Source: an uncultured bacterium (GTDB lineage Bacteria > Margulisbacteria > Marinamargulisbacteria > SXXA01). From it: 64,000 nucleotides of DNA. The notes under the pieces were generated by a model. That model saw only the letters and a list, made by a program, of their open reading frames with translations. It did no database searches and was not told where the DNA came from. The stretch is from the NCBI GenBank assembly GCA_903864835.1, contig CAIPHK010000032.1, forward strand, positions 3,230-67,229. Direction: 5' to 3'. Of the stretch, positions 38,749 to 48,201 are shown one piece after another. Positions within the stretch are counted from its first letter, which is position 1; each line of letters starts with the position of its first letter. A program made the translations under genes and the position numbers.

Positions 38749-39699
38749 ATGCACAAGCGGTATTGGGATGAGTTGCCAAAACCCATCATTGGTCTTGCAC
38801 CCATGGAGGGATATTCTGATTCTCCATTTCGGCAAACCTGTAAACTGGTCAATCCCAGTCTGGTTACATATACCGAATTTACTTCGGCGGATGGAATTCA
38901 GTTCGGGGGATCTAAGCTTCGGGCTAAACTTCAATTTGCCGTATCAGAGCAACCCATTATCGCCCAGATATTCGGAAAAAAAGTAGAGACCTTCGTTAAT
39001 GCAGCCAAATTTTGTGAGGACATGGGATTCACCGGTATTGATATCAATATGGGGTGTCCGGCAAAAAAGGTAGTGAAGTCAGAGCATGGGGTTGCGCTTC
39101 GCCGAAATCTCTCACTTGCATTTCAGCTCATCGAAACCTTGGCGAACGCGACATCACTTCCAATCTCAGTCAAAACGCGGTTAGGATGGAACAATGCCGA
39201 CGATCTCGTCGATTTTGGTATCGGTGCAGAATCAGCCGGCGCAAATATGATTTGTATCCACGCGAGAACTTATAAAGAGCCGTATAATGTCCCCGCCCAG
39301 TTTGAGCCCGTCTACGAAATGCGGCAACGAGTATCCATTCCGGTCTTGGCAAATGGGGGGATTACCGGCATTGAGGATGGCTTGTCAAAATTAGGAAACC
39401 TCGACGGATTTTTGATCGGGCAAGCGAGTTTTGGAAACCCTTGGGTATTTGGATCCCCCCCCTCGACGTTTGGGGGGAAGATACCGGTGATACGCAATCA
39501 CGCGGCGTGGATGGTCGAGACCAAGGGTCCCAAACATGGGATATTGGAAATGCGAAAGCATCTGTTGCATTATGTAAAAGGATTTCCGGGTGCCAAAGAA
39601 TTTCGCTCGTCGATTTGTCACGTTTCGTCCCTTGAAGAAATCGACTCTGTTTTGAATCAAATTGCCGAATCCCTGTCCACGTCCCTTCAAGCCGCCTAA
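38749..39699 (+). CDS. tRNA-dihydrouridine synthase (DusB-like)
   Basis: LAPMEG, DINMGCP, SVKTRLG, HART, ANGG, GNPW, MRKH. Confidence 0.92.
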   Translation: MHKRYWDELPKPIIGLAPMEGYSDSPFRQTCKLVNPSLVTYTEFTSADGIQFGGSKLRAKLQFAVSEQPIIAQIFGKKVETFVNAAKFCEDMGFTGIDINMGCPAKKVVKSEHGVALRRNLSLAFQLIETLANATSLPISVKTRLGWNNADDLVDFGIGAESAGANMICIHARTYKEPYNVPAQFEPVYEMRQRVSIPVLANGGITGIEDGLSKLGNLDGFLIGQASFGNPWVFGSPPSTFGGKIPVIRNHAAWMVETKGPKHGILEMRKHLLHYVKGFPGAKEFRSSICHVSSLEEIDSVLNQIAESLSTSLQAA

Positions 39700-39716
39700 A
39701 CCCCAAAGGAGATATT

Positions 39717-40127
39717 ATGAACCTTCACGACGTCTTTGAATTGCAAAAACAATTAAATGAAAGAATTAATCCCACCCTCTATTCAGACATCGAAACGGAT
39801 CCTGAATTACGTCGTCGTCAATTTCTTCAATTCGAATTGGCACTCCGCCAAGAATCGTCGGAGGCCATTGATAGCCTCAATTGGAAGTGGTGGAAAAAAG
39901 ATGCCGATGACTGGGATAACGTGAAGGTTGAATTGATTGATATGCTCCATTTCTGGGTCAGCATGTGTACCATCGCCGGGCTATCTGCCGACGATGTTAT
40001 GGAACTGTATGCCAAGAAAAATAAGCTAAACCATCACCGTCAAGATTCGGGCTATGCCGAAGGAACTTACGATAAATACGCTTCCGGAAAAGAAGACAAT
40101 CGGACAGCGGTTCTGGGAGAAAAATAA
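39717..40127 (+). CDS. Dimeric all-alpha dUTPase
   Basis: QKQLN, ESSEAIDSLNWKWWK, VELIDMLHF, KNKLNHHRQDSGY. Confidence 0.88.
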   Translation: MNLHDVFELQKQLNERINPTLYSDIETDPELRRRQFLQFELALRQESSEAIDSLNWKWWKKDADDWDNVKVELIDMLHFWVSMCTIAGLSADDVMELYAKKNKLNHHRQDSGYAEGTYDKYASGKEDNRTAVLGEK

Positions 40128-41047
40128 TGGAAATTCATCTCGCTCACACCCAAGGATTTTGTGCTGGCGTCGCAAGCGCAATTGAGGTGGTCAAACGTGC
40201 CTTGGAAAAATATGGAACGCCCCTTTATGTTCGTCACCATATTGTTCATAACACCGCCGTTATCAAAGATTTTGAAGAACAGGGTGTTGTGTTTATTGAA
40301 GAATTGACCGAAGTTCCGGAGGGCGGCCGCGTCATTTTTAGCGCCCACGGCGTCTCGCCTTCGATCTACGACGAGGCCAAAAAAAGAGAGTTAATCTATA
40401 TCGATGCGACCTGTCCATTGGTGACAAAGGTCCATCGTGAAGCCACCAATTTTACAAAAAAAGAAGTGCAAACGGTCTTGATTGGACACCGAGGACACCA
40501 AGAATTGGTCGGGACGTCAGGCTATGTCGATCCTGGATTACTCTATGTTGTTGAAACGGAAGACGATATTGATCGATTAGAATTGGATCCATTTAAACCG
40601 ACAGGATATCTGACTCAAACAACGCTTTCCGTTACAGACACAGCCGTATTGATAGAAAAGCTAAAAGATAAATTTCCTGGAATTATGGGGCCACCGAAAT
40701 CAGATATTTGCTTTGCGACGCAAAATCGTCAGGATGCGGTAACAGAACTGTCCCAACATTGTGATGTCATTATTATCTGCGGGTCAGGACATAGCTCAAA
40801 CAGTAACCGTCTTAAAGAAACTGCCGAAAAAACAGGTAATGCGTCTTACCTCATTGATTCTGTTGCTGAATTTGATCTCAACTGGATTGTCGGAAAATCT
40901 AGAGTGGGCATTAGTTCTGGGGCCTCAGTTCCAGAATATATTGTTCAAGACCTGGTGAATAAGATATTGGAAGTCTACCCAGATTCCCAAGTGTTTAGAG
41001 AAGAAAGTGTCGAAAAAGACATCCGATTCGCGGTTCCTAAAGTCTAG
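40127..41047 (+). CDS. ispH: 4-hydroxy-3-methylbut-2-enyl diphosphate reductase
   Basis: GFCAGV, IVHN, SAHG, DATCPLVTKVH, QTT, DICFATQNRQ, SSNS. Confidence 0.96.
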   Translation: MEIHLAHTQGFCAGVASAIEVVKRALEKYGTPLYVRHHIVHNTAVIKDFEEQGVVFIEELTEVPEGGRVIFSAHGVSPSIYDEAKKRELIYIDATCPLVTKVHREATNFTKKEVQTVLIGHRGHQELVGTSGYVDPGLLYVVETEDDIDRLELDPFKPTGYLTQTTLSVTDTAVLIEKLKDKFPGIMGPPKSDICFATQNRQDAVTELSQHCDVIIICGSGHSSNSNRLKETAEKTGNASYLIDSVAEFDLNWIVGKSRVGISSGASVPEYIVQDLVNKILEVYPDSQVFREESVEKDIRFAVPKV

Positions 41048-41419
41048 ATGACGCTCTTGGCCTTGGATTTTAAGAAACTTCAAGCCATCTCAAAAATCGG
41101 TGAGGACATCCTCCCCGTCGTAGTTCAACATGCGACGACAAGGGACGTTCTTACCCTTGCTTATACTAATTTTGTTGCGTTGAGACAGACTCAAGAAACA
41201 GGGATCGCGACATTCTGGAGTACTTCTCGCAATTCGCTATGGGTCAAGGGCGCAACGTCGGGAAACTATTTAAAGCTCATTGAAATACGAGTGAATTGTG
41301 AAAATAACTCTCTACTCTATCTCGTTGAACCCCAAGGGGCTGGAGTGTGTCATGTTATTGATCCTACAACGGGTGTTCATAATCCCAGTTGTTTCTTTAA
41401 TAAATTGGCCTCAATTTGA
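41048..41419 (+). CDS. hisI: Phosphoribosyl-AMP cyclohydrolase (variant)
   Basis: PVVVQ, WSTSRNSLWVKGATSGN, GVCH, SCF; DCDxD replaced by NCENN. Confidence 0.8.
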   Translation: MTLLALDFKKLQAISKIGEDILPVVVQHATTRDVLTLAYTNFVALRQTQETGIATFWSTSRNSLWVKGATSGNYLKLIEIRVNCENNSLLYLVEPQGAGVCHVIDPTTGVHNPSCFFNKLASI

Positions 41420-41444
41420 CGATTTCGTCGAGATCTTCTACCCT
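41416..41444 (+). promoter_or_regulatory. sigma70-type promoter of rpsB-tsf
   Basis: TTGACG-17 bp-TACCCT about 100 nt upstream of rpsB. Confidence 0.5.
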
Positions 41445-41542
41445 AGAACGCTCTGGATTATCCATTTAATTCAGAAATATTATCCAAGAAGGATTCTGCG
41501 GGAAATTACCAAAAGAATTCTGAATCAAAGTGAGGCCTTTTT

Positions 41543-42412
41543 ATGAACGAGCAACAGCCCCAGTCCCAGCCGCAACAACAGCAACAACGTCCACCTGAAG
41601 TTGTTACTATGCGACAACTATTGGAATGTGGAGTCCATTTTGGACACCAAACCAAGCGTTGGAACCCAAAAATGAAGCGATACATTTTTACTTCACGAAA
41701 TGGAATCCACGTTATTGACCTTCAACAGACGATCAAATTAATCAAAAAGTCCTACCAAGTGGTTCGCGAAGTCGTCAAAAGTAATGGCACAATTTTGTTT
41801 GTTGGAACCAAAAAACAAGCACAAGATGCGATCCAAGCTGAAGCGGTACGTTGTGGAATGCCTTATGTCCACCATCGTTGGTTGGGTGGAACACTTACCA
41901 ACAACATCACCATTCGCCAAAGTGTTAACAAACTGAAACAGTACAACCGAATGAATGATGACGGAACTTTTGACCTACTATCAAATAAAGAAGCCGCCGC
42001 AAAGCGAAAAATGCTGACCCGTTTGGGGTTCTATTTGGATGGGATTCGGGACATGCACCGTCTTCCCTCATTGGTATTTGTGGTTGACACCAAGCGTGAA
42101 GCTTTGGCAGTTAAAGAAGCGAATAAGTTAAAAATTCCGATTATCGGAATTGTTGACACCAACGCTGATCCAACTGAAGTTCAATATCCAATTCCAGCAA
42201 ACGACGATGCGATTCGTGCCATCAAGTTGATTTGCTCGGTAATGGCGAAAGCGGTTCTTGACGGGCAAGCCGAACGTAGCGGTATAACCGTTGAAGACTT
42301 TGATACACCAACACCTGTAGTTGGGGCCGCTGCCGGAACGTTTACTGTTGATGATGAAAGTGAAGCGGTAAAAGTGGTAGAGCCTGAATTTACAGGCACC
42401 CCAGTCGCGTAG
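41543..42412 (+). CDS. rpsB: 30S ribosomal protein S2
   Basis: GVHFGHQTKRWNPKM, FVGTKKQA, RWLGGTLTN, DTNADP, PANDDAIR. Confidence 0.98.
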   Translation: MNEQQPQSQPQQQQQRPPEVVTMRQLLECGVHFGHQTKRWNPKMKRYIFTSRNGIHVIDLQQTIKLIKKSYQVVREVVKSNGTILFVGTKKQAQDAIQAEAVRCGMPYVHHRWLGGTLTNNITIRQSVNKLKQYNRMNDDGTFDLLSNKEAAAKRKMLTRLGFYLDGIRDMHRLPSLVFVVDTKREALAVKEANKLKIPIIGIVDTNADPTEVQYPIPANDDAIRAIKLICSVMAKAVLDGQAERSGITVEDFDTPTPVVGAAAGTFTVDDESEAVKVVEPEFTGTPVA

Positions 42413-42432
42413 GAAGAGTAAGGAAGATCATT

Positions 42433-43245
42433 ATGGAAATCACAGCCTCTGTTGTAAAAGACCTTAGAGAAAAAACGGGCGTCGGTATGATGGATTGCAA
42501 AAAGGCCTTGGAGCAAACCCAAGGCAATTTTGATGAAGCGATCAAATACCTGCGCGAAAAAGGGCTATCAGCCGCTGCAAAGAAGTCTGATCGAGAAACA
42601 CGCGAAGGTAAAATATTTACCCAAGTATCATCGGATCGAACAAAGGCAGCTGTTGTTGAAATCTCTTGTGAAACTGACTTTGTCGCTAACAACGAATCGT
42701 TTGGTGAATTTGGATTATCGATCGCGGCAGCGGTTTTAGCGCATGGCGTCACGTCACTGGAGCAGCTCGAAGGCGCATCGCTTAATGGCCGTTCACTTCA
42801 AGAAATAGTGTCTGAAGCGGTATTGAAGCTCGGTGAAAATATCAGCGTCCGTCGGCTAGCGTTGGTCAACGGAAATTCCATCGGACAATATGTTCATTCC
42901 AATGGCAAAATTGGAGTCTTGGTATCGTTTGATGGTGAAGTCGCGCAGGAAATCGGGAAAGACATCTCGATGCATATTGCGGCATCGGCGCCTCAATTTG
43001 TTCGCAAAGAAGAAGTCTCGTCAACCGAAATTGAGCGTGAAGCCGAAATTATCAAGGCCCAAGCGCGCAATGAGGGAAAAGCAGATGCGATTCTTGAGAA
43101 GTTAGTTCTTGGGAAAATTGGCAAGTTTTATAAAGATGTTTGTTTACTTGAGCAAGACTTTGTAAAAGACCCATCAAAATCTGTGTCGGCGGTACTTCCT
43201 GCCGGACGAACAGTCTCCCAGTTCATTCGATTTTCTCTTATTTAA
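42433..43245 (+). CDS. tsf: Elongation factor Ts
   Basis: VKDLREKTGVGMMDCKKAL, CETDFVA, GENI, MHIAA, LLEQ. Confidence 0.98.
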   Translation: MEITASVVKDLREKTGVGMMDCKKALEQTQGNFDEAIKYLREKGLSAAAKKSDRETREGKIFTQVSSDRTKAAVVEISCETDFVANNESFGEFGLSIAAAVLAHGVTSLEQLEGASLNGRSLQEIVSEAVLKLGENISVRRLALVNGNSIGQYVHSNGKIGVLVSFDGEVAQEIGKDISMHIAASAPQFVRKEEVSSTEIEREAEIIKAQARNEGKADAILEKLVLGKIGKFYKDVCLLEQDFVKDPSKSVSAVLPAGRTVSQFIRFSLI

Positions 43246-43257
43246 ACCATTAGTTGC

Positions 43258-44385
43258 ATGCGGTCGTATTTCGAGGAACTTGAACTTCGACTTCTTGCAC
43301 CGTATGCGGTAAAAGCCGTCGAGTCCCGAGGTAGAGTTCATAGTGAGCCTATCTCGGAGACCCGGACCTGTTTTCAACGCGATCGAGATCGAATAATTCA
43401 TTCGAAAGCCTTTCGCCGACTCAGGCATAAAACTCAAGTATTTATTGCTACCGAATCCGACCACTATCGATCTCGATTAACCCACACCATCGAAGTCGCC
43501 CAGATTAGCCGCCACGTGGCACGGATGTTACGACTCAACGAGGATCTTTCGGAATCCATTGCATTGGCTCATGATTTAGGTCATACCCCATTCGGGCATT
43601 CCGGCGAAAAGATATTAAACCGTTTAATGGCGGACTTTGGGGGATTTGAACACAACCTTCAAAGCCGGCGAATTATTGATTCTTTGGAGCTAAAATACCC
43701 CATGTTTACTGGGCTCAACCTATCGTTTGAGGTTCGGGAGGGATTAATGAAACATTCGACCCCATGGGACCACTTGGAACATAACGAGAAAACATGGGCC
43801 TCCCTAGAAGCACAGGTCTGTAATATTTCGGACGAAATTGCCTACAACAATCATGACATCGATGACGGGATTCGATCCACTTTGCTCAACGAACAAGATC
43901 TAACAACACATGTCTATCTGTGGAGAGAATCTAAAGACCGGATTCGGAAAAAATATACCGGACTTGCGGATATTGAACTTAAATATTTAATCAATAGTGA
44001 TATTATTTCCGCCCAAATCGAAGATGTTGTCCGTACAACAATGGATAATGTTAAGGAGCTTGATCTGCATTGTAATGACGATATACAGTCGCTGGATCGC
44101 CCTGTAGTTCGATTTAGCACGGACATGGTACTTAAAAACAAAGAAATGCGCCATTATTTGTTTCAACAATTTTATACCCATCCCACGGTATATCGGATGA
44201 ATAAAAAGGGCCAAGAAATTATTGAAAAACTATTTTTTGCGTTTACAACGGATCCAAAATTGCTTCCCGTCAATTACCAGCTGCACATCGAAAAGGGACA
44301 GCAACTTCACCGAGTTGTTGCTGACTATATTGCAGGAATGACGGATCCCTTTGCAAAAAAAGAATTTGAGGCCATCTTTCAATGA
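43258..44385 (+). CDS. dgt: dGTP triphosphohydrolase-like HD protein (short form)
   Basis: FQRDRDRIIHSKAFRRL..KTQV, RLTHTIEV, HDLGHTPFGHSGE, DYIAGMTD. Confidence 0.92.
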   Translation: MRSYFEELELRLLAPYAVKAVESRGRVHSEPISETRTCFQRDRDRIIHSKAFRRLRHKTQVFIATESDHYRSRLTHTIEVAQISRHVARMLRLNEDLSESIALAHDLGHTPFGHSGEKILNRLMADFGGFEHNLQSRRIIDSLELKYPMFTGLNLSFEVREGLMKHSTPWDHLEHNEKTWASLEAQVCNISDEIAYNNHDIDDGIRSTLLNEQDLTTHVYLWRESKDRIRKKYTGLADIELKYLINSDIISAQIEDVVRTTMDNVKELDLHCNDDIQSLDRPVVRFSTDMVLKNKEMRHYLFQQFYTHPTVYRMNKKGQEIIEKLFFAFTTDPKLLPVNYQLHIEKGQQLHRVVADYIAGMTDPFAKKEFEAIFQ

Positions 44386-45323
44386 AGAAAGTATTTATTA
44401 CAGGGTCCAGCGGCTGCGTCGGACACTATGTCACCGAGCAGCTCCTTCAAGACGGCGGCTGGGAGATTCACCTTTTGCTTCGTGCAAACAGTGTCTTGAA
44501 GTGGGATCCTGCGCAATACCCAAATGTGATTATTCATATTGGCAATATGGACGCCATTGAACTACTTGAGCCTGTCATTCGGGAAATGGAATATATTATT
44601 CATATTTTCACTGATTGGAGTAATTCGGACTACGCCACACTTTTAAATGTAACCAAGACCCACGCACTGTTTTCAATGGCGACTGCCGACAAGTTACAGC
44701 GCATCGTCTATTTTTCAACAGCAAGCATTTTGGGGCCTGGAAATCGACCCATTCCAGAAGCCGGTCAATATGGGCCTGGATATGTCCGATCGAAATATTT
44801 TGGATTTTTAAAACTTGCGGATCATCCCTTTAAAGACAAAATTATTACGGTGTTCCCGACGTTGGTATTTGGGGGCGATCACACCCACCCTTTTTCTCAT
44901 ATTAGTGCAGGGATAGTTCCCAATCTTCGATATTTAAAAATACTTCGATTCTTTTACCTGGACGCACGATTCCATTTTTTGCACTCCCACGACATCGCGC
45001 AATGTGCGATTCATTTATTAACCGCAAAAACCTCCGAGCGGCAATTTGTACTCGGCAACCCAGTGATGTCGGGAAAAGATGTCATTCGACGACTTTGTAT
45101 ATTTTTTAAAGTGAGGCCCTATTTTAGGGTAAAAGTACCGGCGGCAATGGTTTTTTTCCTAGCGAAGCTATTTCGCATTACGATTGCACCTTGGGAAACA
45201 TATTGTATTGAACACCCCTACTTCGAATACACTGTTGTTACCCCGGACTCGTTTGGCTTAAGCACCCGATTTCCAACCCTAGAATCCGCCCTTCAAGACA
45301 TCGTCAAAGAAAGCCTTTCATGA
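44382..45323 (+). CDS. NAD-dependent epimerase/dehydratase (extended SDR)
   Basis: TGSSGCVGHY, YFSTASIL, YVRSK, FPTLVFGGD..P.SH; resembles a cyanobacterial subfamily. Confidence 0.85.
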   Translation: MKKVFITGSSGCVGHYVTEQLLQDGGWEIHLLLRANSVLKWDPAQYPNVIIHIGNMDAIELLEPVIREMEYIIHIFTDWSNSDYATLLNVTKTHALFSMATADKLQRIVYFSTASILGPGNRPIPEAGQYGPGYVRSKYFGFLKLADHPFKDKIITVFPTLVFGGDHTHPFSHISAGIVPNLRYLKILRFFYLDARFHFLHSHDIAQCAIHLLTAKTSERQFVLGNPVMSGKDVIRRLCIFFKVRPYFRVKVPAAMVFFLAKLFRITIAPWETYCIEHPYFEYTVVTPDSFGLSTRFPTLESALQDIVKESLS

Positions 45324-46672
45324 GCAAAGCCACCGACCTCCTTAAAGTCCCACCACAAGACCTCGATGCCGAACAATCACTACTTGGGGCGCTCATGATT
45401 TCAAAAACAGCCTTGGCCCAGGTATTGGGGCAAGTAAAAGCTGAGCATTTTTATCGTGAATCCAATGCCCATATTTTTCGGGCAATCATGGCGCTATATG
45501 AACGGAACGAGCCCATTGATCTCGTTACAATTTCGTCGGAGCTAAAGAAATCAAATAGCCTCGAAGACGCCGGTGGTCGGTCTTATCTTGCGGAGGTTAT
45601 CGACTCCGTACCTACGGCAGCAAACGTTGAAAAATATGCCCAGATTGTGGAAGAAAAATACCTCCTACGGGCACTTATCGATGTAGGTTCCGAAATCGTA
45701 AAAACGGCATTCGATGAATCAGCGGAAGCAAAAGAGGCTATGGAACATGCACAGAAAATCATCATGGATGTCTCAAAGCAAACCGTCAAAGATCATTTTG
45801 TTCCGCTCAAGACGGTATTAAATACGGTATTTGATACGATCCAATCGACCTATACCAACGATGACAAGATCATTGGTGTTACCTCCGGGTACAAGGACCT
45901 GGATCAGATGACCTCTGGTTTTCAATACGGGGATTTAATTATTCTTGCCGCCCGGCCATCCATGGGAAAAACCACTTTGGCCCTTAATTTTGCGGCGAAT
46001 GCTGCGATTCATAAACAGTTGCCGGTGGCTATTTTTAGCTGTGAAATGCCAAAAGAACAACTGGCGATGAAATTATTATGTTCTGAAGCAAAATTGGATT
46101 CAAAACGATTACGGACTGCTAATCTTAAAGATCACGAATACCGTGATCTGAATCAAGCATTTGGACGTCTGGCTGAAGCCCCGATATTTATCGATGACAG
46201 CGCTGCAATTTCTCCGTTGGAACTTCGGGCAAAAGTCAGACGGCTTCAGCTTGAGACTGATATAAAGTTAATTATTGTAGACTATTTGCAGTTAATGAGA
46301 TCCAGTAAAAAGCGAATTGAAAACAGGTTTCAGGAAATCTCCGAGATTGTTCGGGAGGTCAAAGCGTTTGCCAAGGAGTCTGGAATACCCATTATGGCGT
46401 TATCCCAGTTAAGTCGGGATGTTGAAAAACGCCAGGATAAACGTCCCCAAATGAGCGATCTTCGTGAGTCAGGGGAAATCGAGCAAACGGCGGATCTTAT
46501 TATGTTTATTCACCGGGACAGTTATTACGAGGGACAGAATGAAGAAACCGCACCCGCGAAAATTGTAATCGCAAAGCAACGTAACGGACCGACCGGAGAT
46601 ATCAACTTGGTATTCAAACGTGATATTTCTCGGTTTTTGCCGGCGGCACCCCTACACGTCATTCCCCAATGA
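45320..46672 (+). CDS. dnaB: Replicative DNA helicase
   Basis: PPQDLDAEQSLLG, AARPSMGKT, VDYLQL, LSQLSR, SDLRESGEIEQ, KQRNGPTG; no intein. Confidence 0.97.
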   Translation: MSKATDLLKVPPQDLDAEQSLLGALMISKTALAQVLGQVKAEHFYRESNAHIFRAIMALYERNEPIDLVTISSELKKSNSLEDAGGRSYLAEVIDSVPTAANVEKYAQIVEEKYLLRALIDVGSEIVKTAFDESAEAKEAMEHAQKIIMDVSKQTVKDHFVPLKTVLNTVFDTIQSTYTNDDKIIGVTSGYKDLDQMTSGFQYGDLIILAARPSMGKTTLALNFAANAAIHKQLPVAIFSCEMPKEQLAMKLLCSEAKLDSKRLRTANLKDHEYRDLNQAFGRLAEAPIFIDDSAAISPLELRAKVRRLQLETDIKLIIVDYLQLMRSSKKRIENRFQEISEIVREVKAFAKESGIPIMALSQLSRDVEKRQDKRPQMSDLRESGEIEQTADLIMFIHRDSYYEGQNEETAPAKIVIAKQRNGPTGDINLVFKRDISRFLPAAPLHVIPQ

Positions 46673-48201
46673 GGGCCTTAAAATGGCTACCGCTATTGGC
46701 TATTTTGACGGCGGTGTCTCCAACGGTTGCAGCAATAAAGGGGGACCAAGTCGTTACCCTTAACGCAACAACAATTTCTTATTCAACGACGGAAAATCAG
46801 CTATCGGCATCAGGTAATGTGGTAATTGAATATCGCAATTACATCGTTGGGTCTAAAGAGTTCGAATTTAATTCAAAGACCCGGTATGGCGTCGTAAGTG
46901 GCAACGTTGATATTTCCGGCCCAAGTCAAAATATCAAAGCGGATTTCATAACGTATGACGGCTTTAACTATATCGGAAAGATACAAAAACTATCCGGAAA
47001 AGTTGGCAAATTCATTATCTCTGGGGACTCTGTACGCATTACACCTGAAAAAATTATGATCAAAAATGCGTCGGTTACAGCCTGTGACTCTCCGACTCCG
47101 GACTACATTATACGATCCGCTCAATTGGATATTTTTCCTCAATGGGGAGTGTTGATATCCTTCGATAATTGGGTGACCATAGGGTCAACTGCGATTCTGT
47201 GGATGCCAACCTTTATATATGGTTCCCGTGACTATAGCCTTCTCGCAAATAATTCCTCTGTTCCAGAATTGGGCGCGAATCCCATCGAAGGTGCCTATAT
47301 TCGACAAAAATTAGGGTATTTTATAAATAAGGATAGCCATGGGGCGTTTACTGTAGAGCTAAGCCAAAACTGGGGCCCGGGAATAGCGATATCCCATCTT
47401 CAACGATTGGATAGCAATACCCACGTAACTATTAAAACAGCCCTAAACGGGTCCGACGGTCCAGAATACAAAATTACCGGCGGGTTTGTTTTTGGGGGGG
47501 GCCCTCCAGTTGCCGCTTCGGAGGATTTATTAATGGAAGTATTTGATCAATTTAATCCATCCGCGTATCTTCCTGCAGGACAAGCGCAAATAGGAACCAC
47601 TCTCCGGGAAATAATTAATGATTCCTGGGTATCAAAACCTTATTTTGTATCATTTCAACTCAATCCGATCTCAGTGCTGAGTCCCTCTACATTTCTGAGT
47701 ACTACGTTAGAGCATGGCAACTTTCAAGAACGAAGCCTGACTGGAATTGAAGCGTCGTCATTTGAAACCGCTGTGGGGGGTACGATTTCCCATAAACTGG
47801 CGCTGAGTAGGACTGCAGGGATAGAGTTCTCAAGTTTCTATTACGGAAATTTTTATAATACGGTTACGCCATGGCAACGATGGTTTGGACGGGTATCTGT
47901 CTCAGAAACATGGCCTAGCGCCTCTGTCGAAGTATCGATGACTCAGAAATTTTGGGGAACTGAGACCACCAGCCCATTTGAGTTTGAACGAAAATATGCA
48001 ATTCAGGGAACGGAAATTGGGGGGAAATTTCTAACGAAGCAGGGAATCACGGTTTACGGTATTGAAGTAAACTATGACATTGATTACCGTCTATATCGGA
48101 GTTTCGACATCCTTGTTACGCCGCAATTTCATTGTTGGCGACTGCCGCTTCGGTGGAAGACCGTTGAAGGGCAAATTACGTTTGGCGTCGAGCTATTCTA
48201 A
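46669..48201 (+). CDS. LptD-like outer-membrane protein (OstA domain + short barrel)
   Basis: Signal peptide; ASGNVVIEY, NASVTACD..PDYII, aromatic amphipathic strands, FHCW, terminal F. Confidence 0.72.
   Translation: MRALKWLPLLAILTAVSPTVAAIKGDQVVTLNATTISYSTTENQLSASGNVVIEYRNYIVGSKEFEFNSKTRYGVVSGNVDISGPSQNIKADFITYDGFNYIGKIQKLSGKVGKFIISGDSVRITPEKIMIKNASVTACDSPTPDYIIRSAQLDIFPQWGVLISFDNWVTIGSTAILWMPTFIYGSRDYSLLANNSSVPELGANPIEGAYIRQKLGYFINKDSHGAFTVELSQNWGPGIAISHLQRLDSNTHVTIKTALNGSDGPEYKITGGFVFGGGPPVAASEDLLMEVFDQFNPSAYLPAGQAQIGTTLREIINDSWVSKPYFVSFQLNPISVLSPSTFLSTTLEHGNFQERSLTGIEASSFETAVGGTISHKLALSRTAGIEFSSFYYGNFYNTVTPWQRWFGRVSVSETWPSASVEVSMTQKFWGTETTSPFEFERKYAIQGTEIGGKFLTKQGITVYGIEVNYDIDYRLYRSFDILVTPQFHCWRLPLRWKTVEGQITFGVELF

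Noticed and set aside
43258-44385. dGTPase (and the dimeric dUTPase at 39717) as anti-phage or phage-derived genes
   Set aside because: Short housekeeping-type proteins embedded in core operons with no defence or phage neighbours
45320-46672. Intein in DnaB
   Set aside because: Normal 450-aa length with contiguous motifs
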